DNA of 64,000 nt from Dehalococcoidia bacterium (lineage in GTDB: Bacteria > Chloroflexota > Dehalococcoidia > UBA2979): assembly GCA_965262725.1 (NCBI GenBank), contig OZ253555.1:576001-640000 (forward strand), given 5' to 3'. The first letter of the stretch is position 1. The number at the start of each line of letters is the position of its first letter. Position numbers and translations under genes: made by a program. This document shows, in pieces, positions 49,996 to 58,851 of the stretch. The notes beneath the pieces were generated by a model. It was given only the letters and a program-made list of their open reading frames with translations. It was not told the origin of the DNA and ran no database searches.

Positions 49996-50730
49996 GTGTT
50001 CTCCCCGCAGGTGGGACGCGCTCGATTCGGCGTGCTCGCGGCTGGGCCGGGGCGAGATCGGCGGCAGGCCGGGCGATCACTCCGCGATCGGATGCTCAGC
50101 GTCCGATCCTCGCTCGCCACTGGTGACCGCGCTGCGATAGCGTGTGGGTGGCTGGCGCGGCCCGGTGCGCGCCGCCTGGCGGAGCCGGAGGTAGGCGTGG
50201 TCGACTGGCGTGGTTTCGGGACCGAGGAGTGGGGCGCCGGCCGGCCGGCGGAGAGCCCCGCTGCGAGCGTCCCCGACTCATCGCCGGAGCAACCCGAACC
50301 CTCTCCCGGCGACGGGGAGGGCATGGAGGCGGCGTCGCCCCAGCCCGACGAAAGCCGGGAGGAGCCGGGTGAGACCGTCGCCGGGACCCTGGTCACCGGG
50401 GATGAGGCGCAGTTCCTGCGGGAGCGCATCGAGCAACTGGAGCGCTCGGTCGACCGGTTGGAGCAGCTGGTCGGGCGAGCGCAGGAGCTGCACCTCGCCG
50501 AGCAGCGCGCCCACGATGAGACGCGGCACCAGCTCACGGAGGCACAGGCACGCGTGATCGGGCTGCTTGAGGCTCCCCGCGAGGCGCCTACGCCATCACC
50601 CGGCGGCGGCGCGCCGACGGCATCCGCGACGCGGTCACACTCGGCGCCGCTCGCGTCGAGCGCGGCCGCAATCGTGACGCGGGACCTGCGCGTCGGATTG
50701 ATACGCCTCTCGCGCTGGCTGCGGGGGTAG
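49996..50730 (+). CDS. Hypothetical protein with central coiled coil (start uncertain, possibly degraded)
   Basis: EAQFLRERIEQLERSVDRLEQ heptads; amphipathic C-terminus LSRWLRG. Confidence 0.45.
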   Translation: MFSPQVGRARFGVLAAGPGRDRRQAGRSLRDRMLSVRSSLATGDRAAIACGWLARPGARRLAEPEVGVVDWRGFGTEEWGAGRPAESPAASVPDSSPEQPEPSPGDGEGMEAASPQPDESREEPGETVAGTLVTGDEAQFLRERIEQLERSVDRLEQLVGRAQELHLAEQRAHDETRHQLTEAQARVIGLLEAPREAPTPSPGGGAPTASATRSHSAPLASSAAAIVTRDLRVGLIRLSRWLRG

Positions 50731-50841
50731 CCGGAGCTGCACACAGCTCTGGCTGCAGCGCCACGCTGCGGCGTTGGGTCCGACCTGAGCGAGACCTGCG
50801 GTGGAGGACCGGCCTGCCGTGGGCGGCCGGCCCATCCGCCG

Positions 50842-52239
50842 TCAGGCGGCGGGGGGCGGTCCCGCGTCGGTGTCCCGTGGTCCGTCTCCGGCACGCGCCT
50901 CTCGCTCCTCCGCCTCGGCGAGGATCGACTCAATCCCGCGACCCATGTCGCCGCGTGCCGACCTGAGCACGTCGTCCACAAACGTCCGTACGTCCGCGTG
51001 CTCGGCGCCGAGGTGATCGAGGACGCGCGTTGCCACCTCAAGACCCGACTCCAGTTCCTCGTGCACGACGAGATCGGCACCCAGCCGCAGGAGCGCCGCG
51101 CGATCGGCGACGTAGCGTGAGCGCACGACTATGAAGACGTCTGGCGCGAGTCGTCGGGCGACGGCGACGGCGCGCCGCGCCGCATCGCATCGGGGTCGTT
51201 GATCAGCAGAACGAGGACGCGCGAGCGCTCGATCCCGGCATAGCTCAGAGTCTCCAGGCTCGACGGGTCGCCGTAGTAGACCGGCGCCCCCGACGCATGC
51301 GCGCTCCTCACGCGCTCGGCGCTGAGTTCCAGGACGATGCGAGGGACCCCGGCCTCCCCCAGAGCGTGGCTGAGCAGGCGTCCGGCCACGCCGAAGCCCG
51401 CCAGCACGACATGACCGTGCATCGAGCGGACGACGGGTGCTGCCATCGTCGATGGATCGCGTTCTCATGAGCCGCTCGAGCGGCCGCAGAGCGGCTTCTC
51501 CGGCCCGCAGCCGCGGTGCGAGCCCCATCGCGACACGCGAGGCCACCATCGACACGACGCCGGCGGTGACGACGAGCCGCACCTCTCCGGAGCTGATCAA
51601 CGCGTGGTCTTCGGCCAGGACCAGGATGACGAACCCGAATTCTCCGAACTGTGCGAGGCTCACGGCCGCAAGCTAGGCGGCGCGCGGCGGGTAGCGCATC
51701 AGCGTCGCCGTGACGGCGGTCACGACGGTCTTCCCGAGGAGGAGCGCCGCAACTATCGCGAGGATCGTCACCGGCTCGTCGAGGAAGAGCCCGGGGTCCA
51801 CGAGCATCCCCAGTGAGACGAAGAAGATGCTCAGCAGCACGTCGCGTAGCGGCAGCGCCGTGGCGACTGCGCGCTCTCCGTAGCCGGCGTCGGCGAGCAT
51901 CATCCCTGCGAGCAGAGCCCCGAGCGAGAGAGAGAGGCCGATAGCGGACATGGCCCACGCTGTCCTGAGCCCGACGCTGAGAACCGCCAGCAGGAAGATC
52001 TCGCGACTCTGGGCGGCGTCGATGAGGCGGAACAATCGGGGCACGACGATGCGCGCGCCGACCATCGTGGCCGAGATGGCGACCACCGCGGTGAGCAGCG
52101 CCACCCCCCCGGCACGGAACGCCGCCGGACCGCTCTCCCCGGCGAGCACCGGCACGAGCAAGATGAGCGGCACGACGACGACCGCCAACCAGCCGACGAT
52201 CGCGAGATCGCGGACGAGGGTCGTGTCTTCCACTGCCAC
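50842..52239 (-). pseudogene. CPA2/KefB-type cation:proton antiporter with TrkA-N domain, pseudogene
   Basis: LGALLAG, FFVSLG, LAQFGEFGFV, GFGVAG, YYGD spread over three frames; in-frame TAG at 51673-51675; N-terminal TM region largely missing. Confidence 0.88.
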
Positions 52240-52375
52240 CGCCTCGGTTCACCGCCCGTCGGCCGGGTTCACGGAGCGTGCATGAGGGATTGCCGCGAGA
52301 CGCGCGCGTCGCCGATTGGGGAGCGCCCAGAGAGCCCCGACTCGAGTCCGACGGCCTGTCGCAGCGGATGGCGTT

Positions 52376-52633
52376 CTAGCCGCTGCCGACCTTCTTCCAG
52401 TACAGGACCTGCTGCTTCGAATCCTCCCACGATGACCGGATCCGGATGCTGGACCGGCGTGCCGCATCTTGCAGCAGTCGCTTCACGGACGCTGGATTCT
52501 CGCCTCGCTCAAGTTCGATTCTCCCGGCGTGGCCCGCCTGCAGTGCTTCGATGTACGGCTTGCGGGCTTCCTGAGCTGATCGGCCGCGGCCCACGCCCAC
52601 ATCACTCGGGTTGAGTCTCGTGAAAACCGGCAT
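52376..52633 (-). CDS. Small basic hypothetical protein (85 aa)
   Basis: ATG after GGAGG; lower GC; palindrome upstream. Confidence 0.7.
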   Translation of the reverse strand: MPVFTRLNPSDVGVGRGRSAQEARKPYIEALQAGHAGRIELERGENPASVKRLLQDAARRSSIRIRSSWEDSKQQVLYWKKVGSG

Positions 52634-52938
52634 CGAATCCTCCCAACAAGATCGCACCACACCATATGGTGCAATGGACGGAAACAGACCGCTAAAGCGA
52701 CTCTCCGCCCACCATTTGCTATCGAGGATATCACATCCTATTCACGCGGCGATACGTACACGTTCCAGCGCTAAACTCAGGTGAGATCATCGTGCATTGT
52801 CGGTTGTCAGTACTAACTCGCGGGGTGGGTGGGTTCGCCCGGTGTCGATCGCCAGGGTCATTGAGCCACGCGTCGCCACGGTCATTGGACCACCCGGGAC
52901 GCCGGTAGGCGGCTTGATATCAGTGAGCGTCTAGCGCG

Positions 52939-53712
52939 TCAATCACCTCCCGTCTGCGCCTCGAGCAGGGCGCGGTGCGGCGAGAGCCGCTGGCGGTAGC
53001 TATCGCCCTCGATCACGATCTGGTAGCTGGCGTTCGCGAGCCGGTCGAGGGCGCTGTTGCCGAGGATCGGGTCGTCGAAGAGACCCAGCCATTCCTCCAC
53101 GGCGCGGTTCGAGGTGATCACGAAGCTCGAGCTGCGGTGGCGCCCGATGACCAGCTCGTAGAGGTCGATGGACTGCTGCGCGCTGAGGCGATGGAGCCCG
53201 AGGTCGTCGAGGATGAGCAGGTCGGGCGCGAGGAAGCTTCGGAAGACCTTCTCGGCCGAGTGGTCGACGCGGGCCTGCGCCATCTCGCGGAAGTAGTGGT
53301 CGGCCGGGGCGAAGCGCACGGTGCGTCCGGAGCGGACGGCTGAGTAGCCGAGCGCCTGGGCTAAGAAGCTCTTGCCGACGCCGACGGGGCCGACGAGCAG
53401 GACGTGCTCGCGGCGGTCGAGGAAGTGCAGCGAGAAGGCGGCGTCGAGCAGGCGGCGGTCGAGCCGGATGGCGGCCGCCCAGTCGAAGTCCTCGAGGCGG
53501 CAGAGCTGCTCGAAGCCGGCCTGGCGCAGGCGCAGCTCCAACCGCCCGTGGTCGCGGCGGCTCACCTCGTCGACGAGCAGGATCTGCAGGAAGTCCGCGT
53601 AGTCGAGGTGGTCGCGCCGCGCGAGGGCGATGCGCTCGGGCAACGTGTCGAGCATACGGCCGAGCTTGAGGCGCTTGAGCAGCGGACGGAGGTCTGAGGT
53701 GGTGGCGGTCAT
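52939..53712 (-). CDS. istB: IS21 helper ATPase IstB
   Basis: LEDFDW, GPVGVGKS, LLILDDLG, TSN, LDRL, G.SYR. Confidence 0.96.
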   Translation of the reverse strand: MTATTSDLRPLLKRLKLGRMLDTLPERIALARRDHLDYADFLQILLVDEVSRRDHGRLELRLRQAGFEQLCRLEDFDWAAAIRLDRRLLDAAFSLHFLDRREHVLLVGPVGVGKSFLAQALGYSAVRSGRTVRFAPADHYFREMAQARVDHSAEKVFRSFLAPDLLILDDLGLHRLSAQQSIDLYELVIGRHRSSSFVITSNRAVEEWLGLFDDPILGNSALDRLANASYQIVIEGDSYRQRLSPHRALLEAQTGGD

Positions 53713-55289
53713 CGTGGTGCTCCTGTCGGGGTCTGCGTGCGGGACTGTGCGAAGACGGAGCCCGAGTGGGCGAAGCGCCCCGGAGGCGGCGGCAGCTCGG
53801 GCTGGTCTGGGGTGCTCTCCTGGTCGAGGGCCTCGACGAGGATGCGCTCGAGGCGGCGCACGTCGATGAGGTCGACCTCGAGCGCGCGGCGGCAGGCGGC
53901 GTCGAGGCGGTCCGGGGAGTAGCGCTCGGCGAGGCGCAGCAGCTTGTGGCCCTGCCGCAGCTTCGCCCAGGGCAGGGAGCCCTCGAAGAGACGCTCGGCG
54001 TAGGCGCCCACGGCCTCCCCCAGCTCGGCGGCGCGGCGCTGTATCCAGTCGGGCGCCCGCCTGGTGTAGGGGGTGAGCTCGGCCGGGTAGTCGTTCGGGT
54101 CGGTGGCGCGGCCGCCCCGGCGCTGGCGCGGGTGGACCTTGATGAGCTGACCGCGGTGGTAGATGCGCACCAGCTTCGAGCCGAGCTGCACCTCGACCTT
54201 CTGGCGGGGCGGGCAGGCCGTGGACGGCACCGAGTACAGCGCGTACTGGCAGGCGATGTGGTGGTCGGGATGGACCGTGGCGGTCCGCCAGTCGGGGACC
54301 TCGTAGGGCTCGCCGTCCCAGGGAGCGAGGAGAGGGAGCTCCTCCTCCCGGAAGACCTCGAGCGGCCGGCGGCGGGTCGTGCCGTGGATGCGCTGTCCCG
54401 CCACCTCCAGGCACCAGCTGCGGGCGGCGGAGCGCAGGTCGACGACGTCCCGGAAGTCGCCGCCCTTGAAGAGGCGCTCGCGCACGTAGGGGATGCTGCG
54501 CTCGACGCGCGGCTTGTCGCGGGGATGACGCACGCGCGCGGGGTCGGTGATGAAGCCTCTGTGGCGGGCGTACTCGAGGAAGCCCCGCGTGAAGCGCGGG
54601 TGCAGCGCGTCGGCCCCGGCGACGGCGGCCGGGAAGTTATCGATGACGAGGTAGCGGGGCACGCCCCCGAAGAAGGCCCAGGCCTCCTCCAGGCCCTCGA
54701 TCACAGCGTCCAGCGTCTGGCTGGTGGTGGGCCACACAAAGCAGTGGCGTGAGTAGCGCCAGACGACGACCAGCGCCCACACCGCGCGCCGGCGGCCGCT
54801 CTCGGGGTCCCGGATGAAGCCGAGGCGGCCGAAGTCCATCTCCGCCACCTCGCCCGGCGGCCCGTCGTCCATGCGCACGGTCGACGGCAGCCGGTGGCGC
54901 CAGCCGCGGCGCCGGATGAAACGCCGCAGCGTGGTGTAGGAGACCTCGCAGCCTCGTCCGGCGAGGAGCTCCTGGATGCGCGTCAGTTGCAGGCGGTCGG
55001 TCTCAAGCCAGCGCTCGATCTGCTCCGCCCAGGGCGAGAGCAGCTCTTCGCTCGGCGCCTCGACCTGCCGCGGGCCGGAGAGGCTCAGCGTCGCCAGCGC
55101 GGCGAGCTGCTCCTCACTCGGCTCGGGACCGTCAGGTGTGAGGCCGGCCGCTTCGGCCGCGTCGATGTAGCGGCGGACCGTCTGACGCGACAACCCCATC
55201 CCGCTGGCGATGCGGCGCTGGCTGAGCCCCGCCTGCCAGCGACGAATGATCTCCTGAATCTCCACCCCGTGTACCTCCCGGTAGGCCAT
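53709..55289 (-). CDS. istA: IS21 transposase IstA
   Basis: N-terminal HTH (SQRRIA..MGLSRQTVRRY), PGEVAEMDFG, GGVP...VIDN, P.DK..VER, HGTT, YSVP. Confidence 0.96.
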   Translation of the reverse strand: MAYREVHGVEIQEIIRRWQAGLSQRRIASGMGLSRQTVRRYIDAAEAAGLTPDGPEPSEEQLAALATLSLSGPRQVEAPSEELLSPWAEQIERWLETDRLQLTRIQELLAGRGCEVSYTTLRRFIRRRGWRHRLPSTVRMDDGPPGEVAEMDFGRLGFIRDPESGRRRAVWALVVVWRYSRHCFVWPTTSQTLDAVIEGLEEAWAFFGGVPRYLVIDNFPAAVAGADALHPRFTRGFLEYARHRGFITDPARVRHPRDKPRVERSIPYVRERLFKGGDFRDVVDLRSAARSWCLEVAGQRIHGTTRRRPLEVFREEELPLLAPWDGEPYEVPDWRTATVHPDHHIACQYALYSVPSTACPPRQKVEVQLGSKLVRIYHRGQLIKVHPRQRRGGRATDPNDYPAELTPYTRRAPDWIQRRAAELGEAVGAYAERLFEGSLPWAKLRQGHKLLRLAERYSPDRLDAACRRALEVDLIDVRRLERILVEALDQESTPDQPELPPPPGRFAHSGSVFAQSRTQTPTGAPR

Positions 55290-55756
55290 CGCTGCTCCCT
55301 CCGCTGGGGATGCAGGCGATGGTGGCCGTACCGGCGGCCCGAGTGGTCAGACCCCCCGGAGGGGTGGCTCAATGACCTTGGCGAAGTGGCACATAGACCC
55401 TGGCGATCTCGCCGTTTGCTGGTCTATAGATCCTGGCGATTCACACGCCCGGTGTGGGCGCATGTCGGCCGGGCCGGCCTCGGGGCCACCGACCGGTGAG
55501 ACCCCCCGGGGGCAGTCACCAAGATGGCCTGTGACGGACCCCGGCGCCAGCGCGGCACATCCACGAGAGGACCGAGACACGTAGTATGTAACAGTGGGTG
55601 CACCGTCGGTGGCTGGTGTGTCCTGTCGAGATCGGCGAGCCAGCAGCGATGGCAGGAGCAGGTCCCTCCGCACGTGCTCTAGCAGCGGCACGACAATCGT
55701 TGTAGGCTCCACGTACCAATAGGCCTGAGTGCCTTAGGCGGGGAAGGAAGTACACG

Positions 55757-57451
55757 ATGGGTATGGAGTTCTTGCATAGTCGTGTTTCGAGGCGCGCCCT
55801 GATCCGGGGAGGTGCCCTGGGCGGCGTGGGTCTCGCCACGGCGGCCGTCATCGGATGCGGCGACGACGACGACGACGACGACGCGCCGGCGGTACAGGCG
55901 ACTCCCACCGCCACAGCAGCCGCCGGAGCGACGGTGGCACCGACCGCCGCACCGACGGCGGCGCCCACGGAGGCGCCCAGCGCGGCAATGGTGCAGGGCC
56001 GACAGAACAAGGCACCATCGATGGACCCGAACACGACGGCTCTGGCACCTGCCGAGTATTACGCCGTGTACGACCCGCTCACGCGACTCGACGTCACCGG
56101 CGGCGTCGTCACGCCGGCACTCGCGGAGTCCTGGGAGCCGCAGGGCCGGGACTGGATCTTCAATCTCCGCGAGGCGGAGTGGTCCGACGGCATGCCGTTC
56201 ACGGCTGCGGACGTGAAGTTCAGCTTCGAGTACTACGCGAACCCGGACAACATGTCGCGGCTCATCTCCCGCGTCAACACACAGGAGTCGGTGGTCGCCG
56301 TCGACGATCGCACCGTGCGGATCCGGGCAACGGGGACCGACCCGATCATGCCGCGGCGCGCCGCGCTCCCGTACGTTCTGCCGAAGCACGTGTACGAGGC
56401 GACCGGTAGCCAGACGACGTTCTCCGAGGCGCTCGCGAAGAACCCGGTGGGTACCGCTTCCTACGTCACGACGAACATCGTGCAGGACCAGTCGATCGAC
56501 TTCATGGCGAGCCCGTCGTCCTGGCGCGGCAACAAGGGCTTCACGCAGGCGAAGCTCAACATCATCGAGGAGTTCACGACACTGGTCGCGGCGCTGGAGA
56601 CTCGGGAGCTCGACTTCATGTCGAGGGTGCCGGCCACCGAGGTGGCGCGCGTGAACACCTTCAGCGATATCACGACGGGCGGCCCGGCATCGCTCGGCGC
56701 GCAGCACTGGGACTTCAACAACCGTCTCGCCGAGCAGAACCCCACGAACGATGTGCGCGTACGGCGGGCGCTGATCAACGCGATCGACGCGCCGCTCGTC
56801 ATCGAAGCGGTCTACCGCTCGCTGGGATCGCCGGCACTGAACCAGATCCCGAGCGAGCCCGTGTTCGGCTTCAGCCCGGAGAAGACGCCGATCCCCTACG
56901 ACCCCGACAAGTCGCGCCAGTTGCTGAAGGACGCCGGTTTCCCGAACGGCTTCCGCATGCAGGTCGACAGCCGGCTCGCCGGCGATGCCAAGGCGGAGGT
57001 CGAGGCAACCACTGGCTTCTGGAACGAAATCGGACTCGACACCAGCATCAACGTGCTGGAGATCAACATCTGGCGCGACCGGCTCTACGGTCGCGAGCAG
57101 GCCGCGTGGCCCGGCGCCTTCAACGCCGGCTGGGTTGCCTACCTCTACGACGCCTCGTTCCTCTACGACTGGTACGAGGGTGCCGGGGCGTACCGCCTGT
57201 GGGATGGGCCCGAGGACGCGACCGCGAAGCGCTTCGACGAACTCTACGCCGCGGCGATCGTGGAGCTCGACGAGGAGGCGCGTGCGGGCCTCTACAGGCA
57301 GATCAACGATCTCTTCTCGTACGAGGGGGACGCGCCTGTCGGGCCGACGCGCTACGGGGTCAGCCCGAATGCGTGGTACACGGACGTGATCTCGGACTAC
57401 GTGCCGCGAAGCTTCCCCGAGATCAACTACGACGAGGTTACGCCGGCGTAG
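55757..57451 (+). CDS. Family 5 (peptide/nickel-type) ABC substrate-binding protein, Tat lipoprotein
   Basis: SRRALIRG Tat motif plus lipobox Cys; P.LAESW, WSDG.PFTA.DV.FS, PVGT, D.RVRRAL..AID. Confidence 0.93.
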   Translation: MGMEFLHSRVSRRALIRGGALGGVGLATAAVIGCGDDDDDDDAPAVQATPTATAAAGATVAPTAAPTAAPTEAPSAAMVQGRQNKAPSMDPNTTALAPAEYYAVYDPLTRLDVTGGVVTPALAESWEPQGRDWIFNLREAEWSDGMPFTAADVKFSFEYYANPDNMSRLISRVNTQESVVAVDDRTVRIRATGTDPIMPRRAALPYVLPKHVYEATGSQTTFSEALAKNPVGTASYVTTNIVQDQSIDFMASPSSWRGNKGFTQAKLNIIEEFTTLVAALETRELDFMSRVPATEVARVNTFSDITTGGPASLGAQHWDFNNRLAEQNPTNDVRVRRALINAIDAPLVIEAVYRSLGSPALNQIPSEPVFGFSPEKTPIPYDPDKSRQLLKDAGFPNGFRMQVDSRLAGDAKAEVEATTGFWNEIGLDTSINVLEINIWRDRLYGREQAAWPGAFNAGWVAYLYDASFLYDWYEGAGAYRLWDGPEDATAKRFDELYAAAIVELDEEARAGLYRQINDLFSYEGDAPVGPTRYGVSPNAWYTDVISDYVPRSFPEINYDEVTPA

Positions 57452-57486
57452 GAGTCGTTCGGGGCACGCACGCGAATGACGTGGCG

Positions 57487-57512
57487 CTAGGGGAGGCGAG
57501 AGCCTCCCCTAG
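57487..57512. terminator. Strong hairpin CTAGGGGAGGC-GAGA-GCCTCCCCTAG after the substrate-binding gene
   Basis: 11-bp perfect stem with GNRA loop; no U-tract. Confidence 0.45.
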
Positions 57513-57729
57513 TCATGCCATGCGCGGCGGCGAGCTCAGGCGCCTTCGCGTCACGTGCGGATCACACGGGTCAGCGCCAACAAGAAGACGAGGCGTTCTT
57601 CGTTGCCCGGCAGAGAGCCGTGGGCTCCCCGAGTCCCGGCGCTTTGCGGGGGGTTGCCCCACGGGATGGGTGGATGTCCGGGACGTCCTGGCCGCCCCGG
57701 GTGAGAATTCCGCGGCGTAGACTCCCGAC

Positions 57730-58401
57730 GTGCGCCTTCTCCTCTTCGATATCGACGGTACGCTGATCGAGAGCGGAGGCGCTGGTCGGGCAGCTCTGGC
57801 CGAGGCCAGCGCCTCCGAACTGGGTCTCCCCGGGCTCGATGGCGTCGCCTTCGCCGGGCGATCGGATCGTGCCATCGTCCGGGATGTGCTCGTGCGCGCG
57901 GGCGTTCCTCCCACAGCGGCCGCGCGCGACCGCATCGTCACCGCCTATCTGGCGCGCCTCCCGGAGGCTCTCGTGAGCCACGACGGCCACATCCTGGACG
58001 GCGTCGTGGAGCTGCTCGATGCGCTGGCGGACTCGCACGCCTCGGTGGGCCTCGCGACGGGCAACCTGAGGCGGGGCGCCGAGCTCAAGCTACGCCACTA
58101 CGGCCTCTGGGAGCGCTTTCGTGCGGGTGGCTTCGGCGATGTCTCTTCCGACCGGGCGGAGATCGTTGCGGTTGCGATCGAAGCACTCGCCGAGGCCTCC
58201 GGCGTCGATGCATCCTCCGCTCGCCCGGTCGTCATCGGGGACACCCCACACGACGTCACCGCCGGACGCGCCGCCGGCGCTCGTGTTCTCGCGGTGGCGA
58301 CCGGGACGTACGGCGAGGACGCCCTGCGCCGGAGTGGAGCCGATCTCGTCCTCGGCGACCTGACCGAGACCGCATCGGCCCTCGATTTCCTCTTGGCGTA
58401 G
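57730..58401 (+). CDS. HAD-superfamily hydrolase
   Basis: LFDIDGTL, ATGN, IGDTPHD..AG; TAGACT -10 just before the GTG. Confidence 0.93.
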   Translation: MRLLLFDIDGTLIESGGAGRAALAEASASELGLPGLDGVAFAGRSDRAIVRDVLVRAGVPPTAAARDRIVTAYLARLPEALVSHDGHILDGVVELLDALADSHASVGLATGNLRRGAELKLRHYGLWERFRAGGFGDVSSDRAEIVAVAIEALAEASGVDASSARPVVIGDTPHDVTAGRAAGARVLAVATGTYGEDALRRSGADLVLGDLTETASALDFLLA

Positions 58402-58520
58402 CGCCGCGGTGGACCAGAGATCACGCCCCGTGCCGGGCGGCTCACGGTGTTCCCGGGCAGAACCCGGAAGGGCTCAGCGGTTCGTCACTGTCGCGGCTCG
58501 GCCGGCCTTGCCTTGGGGCT

Positions 58521-58585
58521 TGGCGGGAGTGCGTGGGAGTCGAACCCACCCAGGACTGCGACGCAGCCCCACAACGGTTTTGAAG
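58521..58585 (-). tRNA. selC: tRNA-Sec 3' half only (anticodon loop UCA to CCA end); island attachment site
   Basis: Minus strand CTTCAAA-ACCG, long variable arm, GGGTTCGACTCCC T-arm, CTCCCGCCA; no matching 5' acceptor strand or D arm. Confidence 0.85.
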
Positions 58586-58702
58586 TTCCGACCGGTACGT
58601 CCCGCCGCGTGTTGGCACGTCCCCTCTCAAACCTGAGAGTCCGCAAAATCAGCGTCTCTCGTGCCCGTCTGTCCTGCCTCATTTCGTTCCGTGGTGACAG
58701 AT

Positions 58703-58723
58703 TTGACGCCAAATTGACGCCAA
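58703..58723 (+). repeat. Direct repeat TTGACGCCAA x2 (11-bp period), probable integrase arm-type sites
   Basis: About 120 bp inside the att site. Confidence 0.6.
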
Positions 58724-58851
58724 CGGCCAAGTGGATCGCCGGTGGCGTCGGCGCTGGCGAGGTCGCCTGCTGGGGCACCCATGAGGACGGTGGGAGCGCA
58801 TTCGTACCCACCTTGCCCGTTACGGGGAGCGAGGGGAGTCGCTTAGAGCGG

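Larger units (their letters stand above)
52843..55445 (-). mobile_element. IS21-family insertion sequence, complete
   Basis: Ends TGTCGATCGCCAGGGTC and TGTGAATCGCCAGGATC; multiple subterminal repeats; 7-bp target duplication CGCCCGG (52836-52842, 55446-55452); istA and istB. Confidence 0.96.

Noticed and set aside
51673-51675. Pyrrolysine or amber read-through in the antiporter
   Set aside because: Additional frameshifts and a deletion show it is a pseudogene
57515-57766. 83-aa ORF with a faint PP2C-like N-terminus
   Set aside because: Too weak, no RBS, overlaps the HAD promoter and start
58521-58615. Complete functional tRNA-Sec
   Set aside because: No 5' acceptor strand or D arm, and the anticodon stem does not pair
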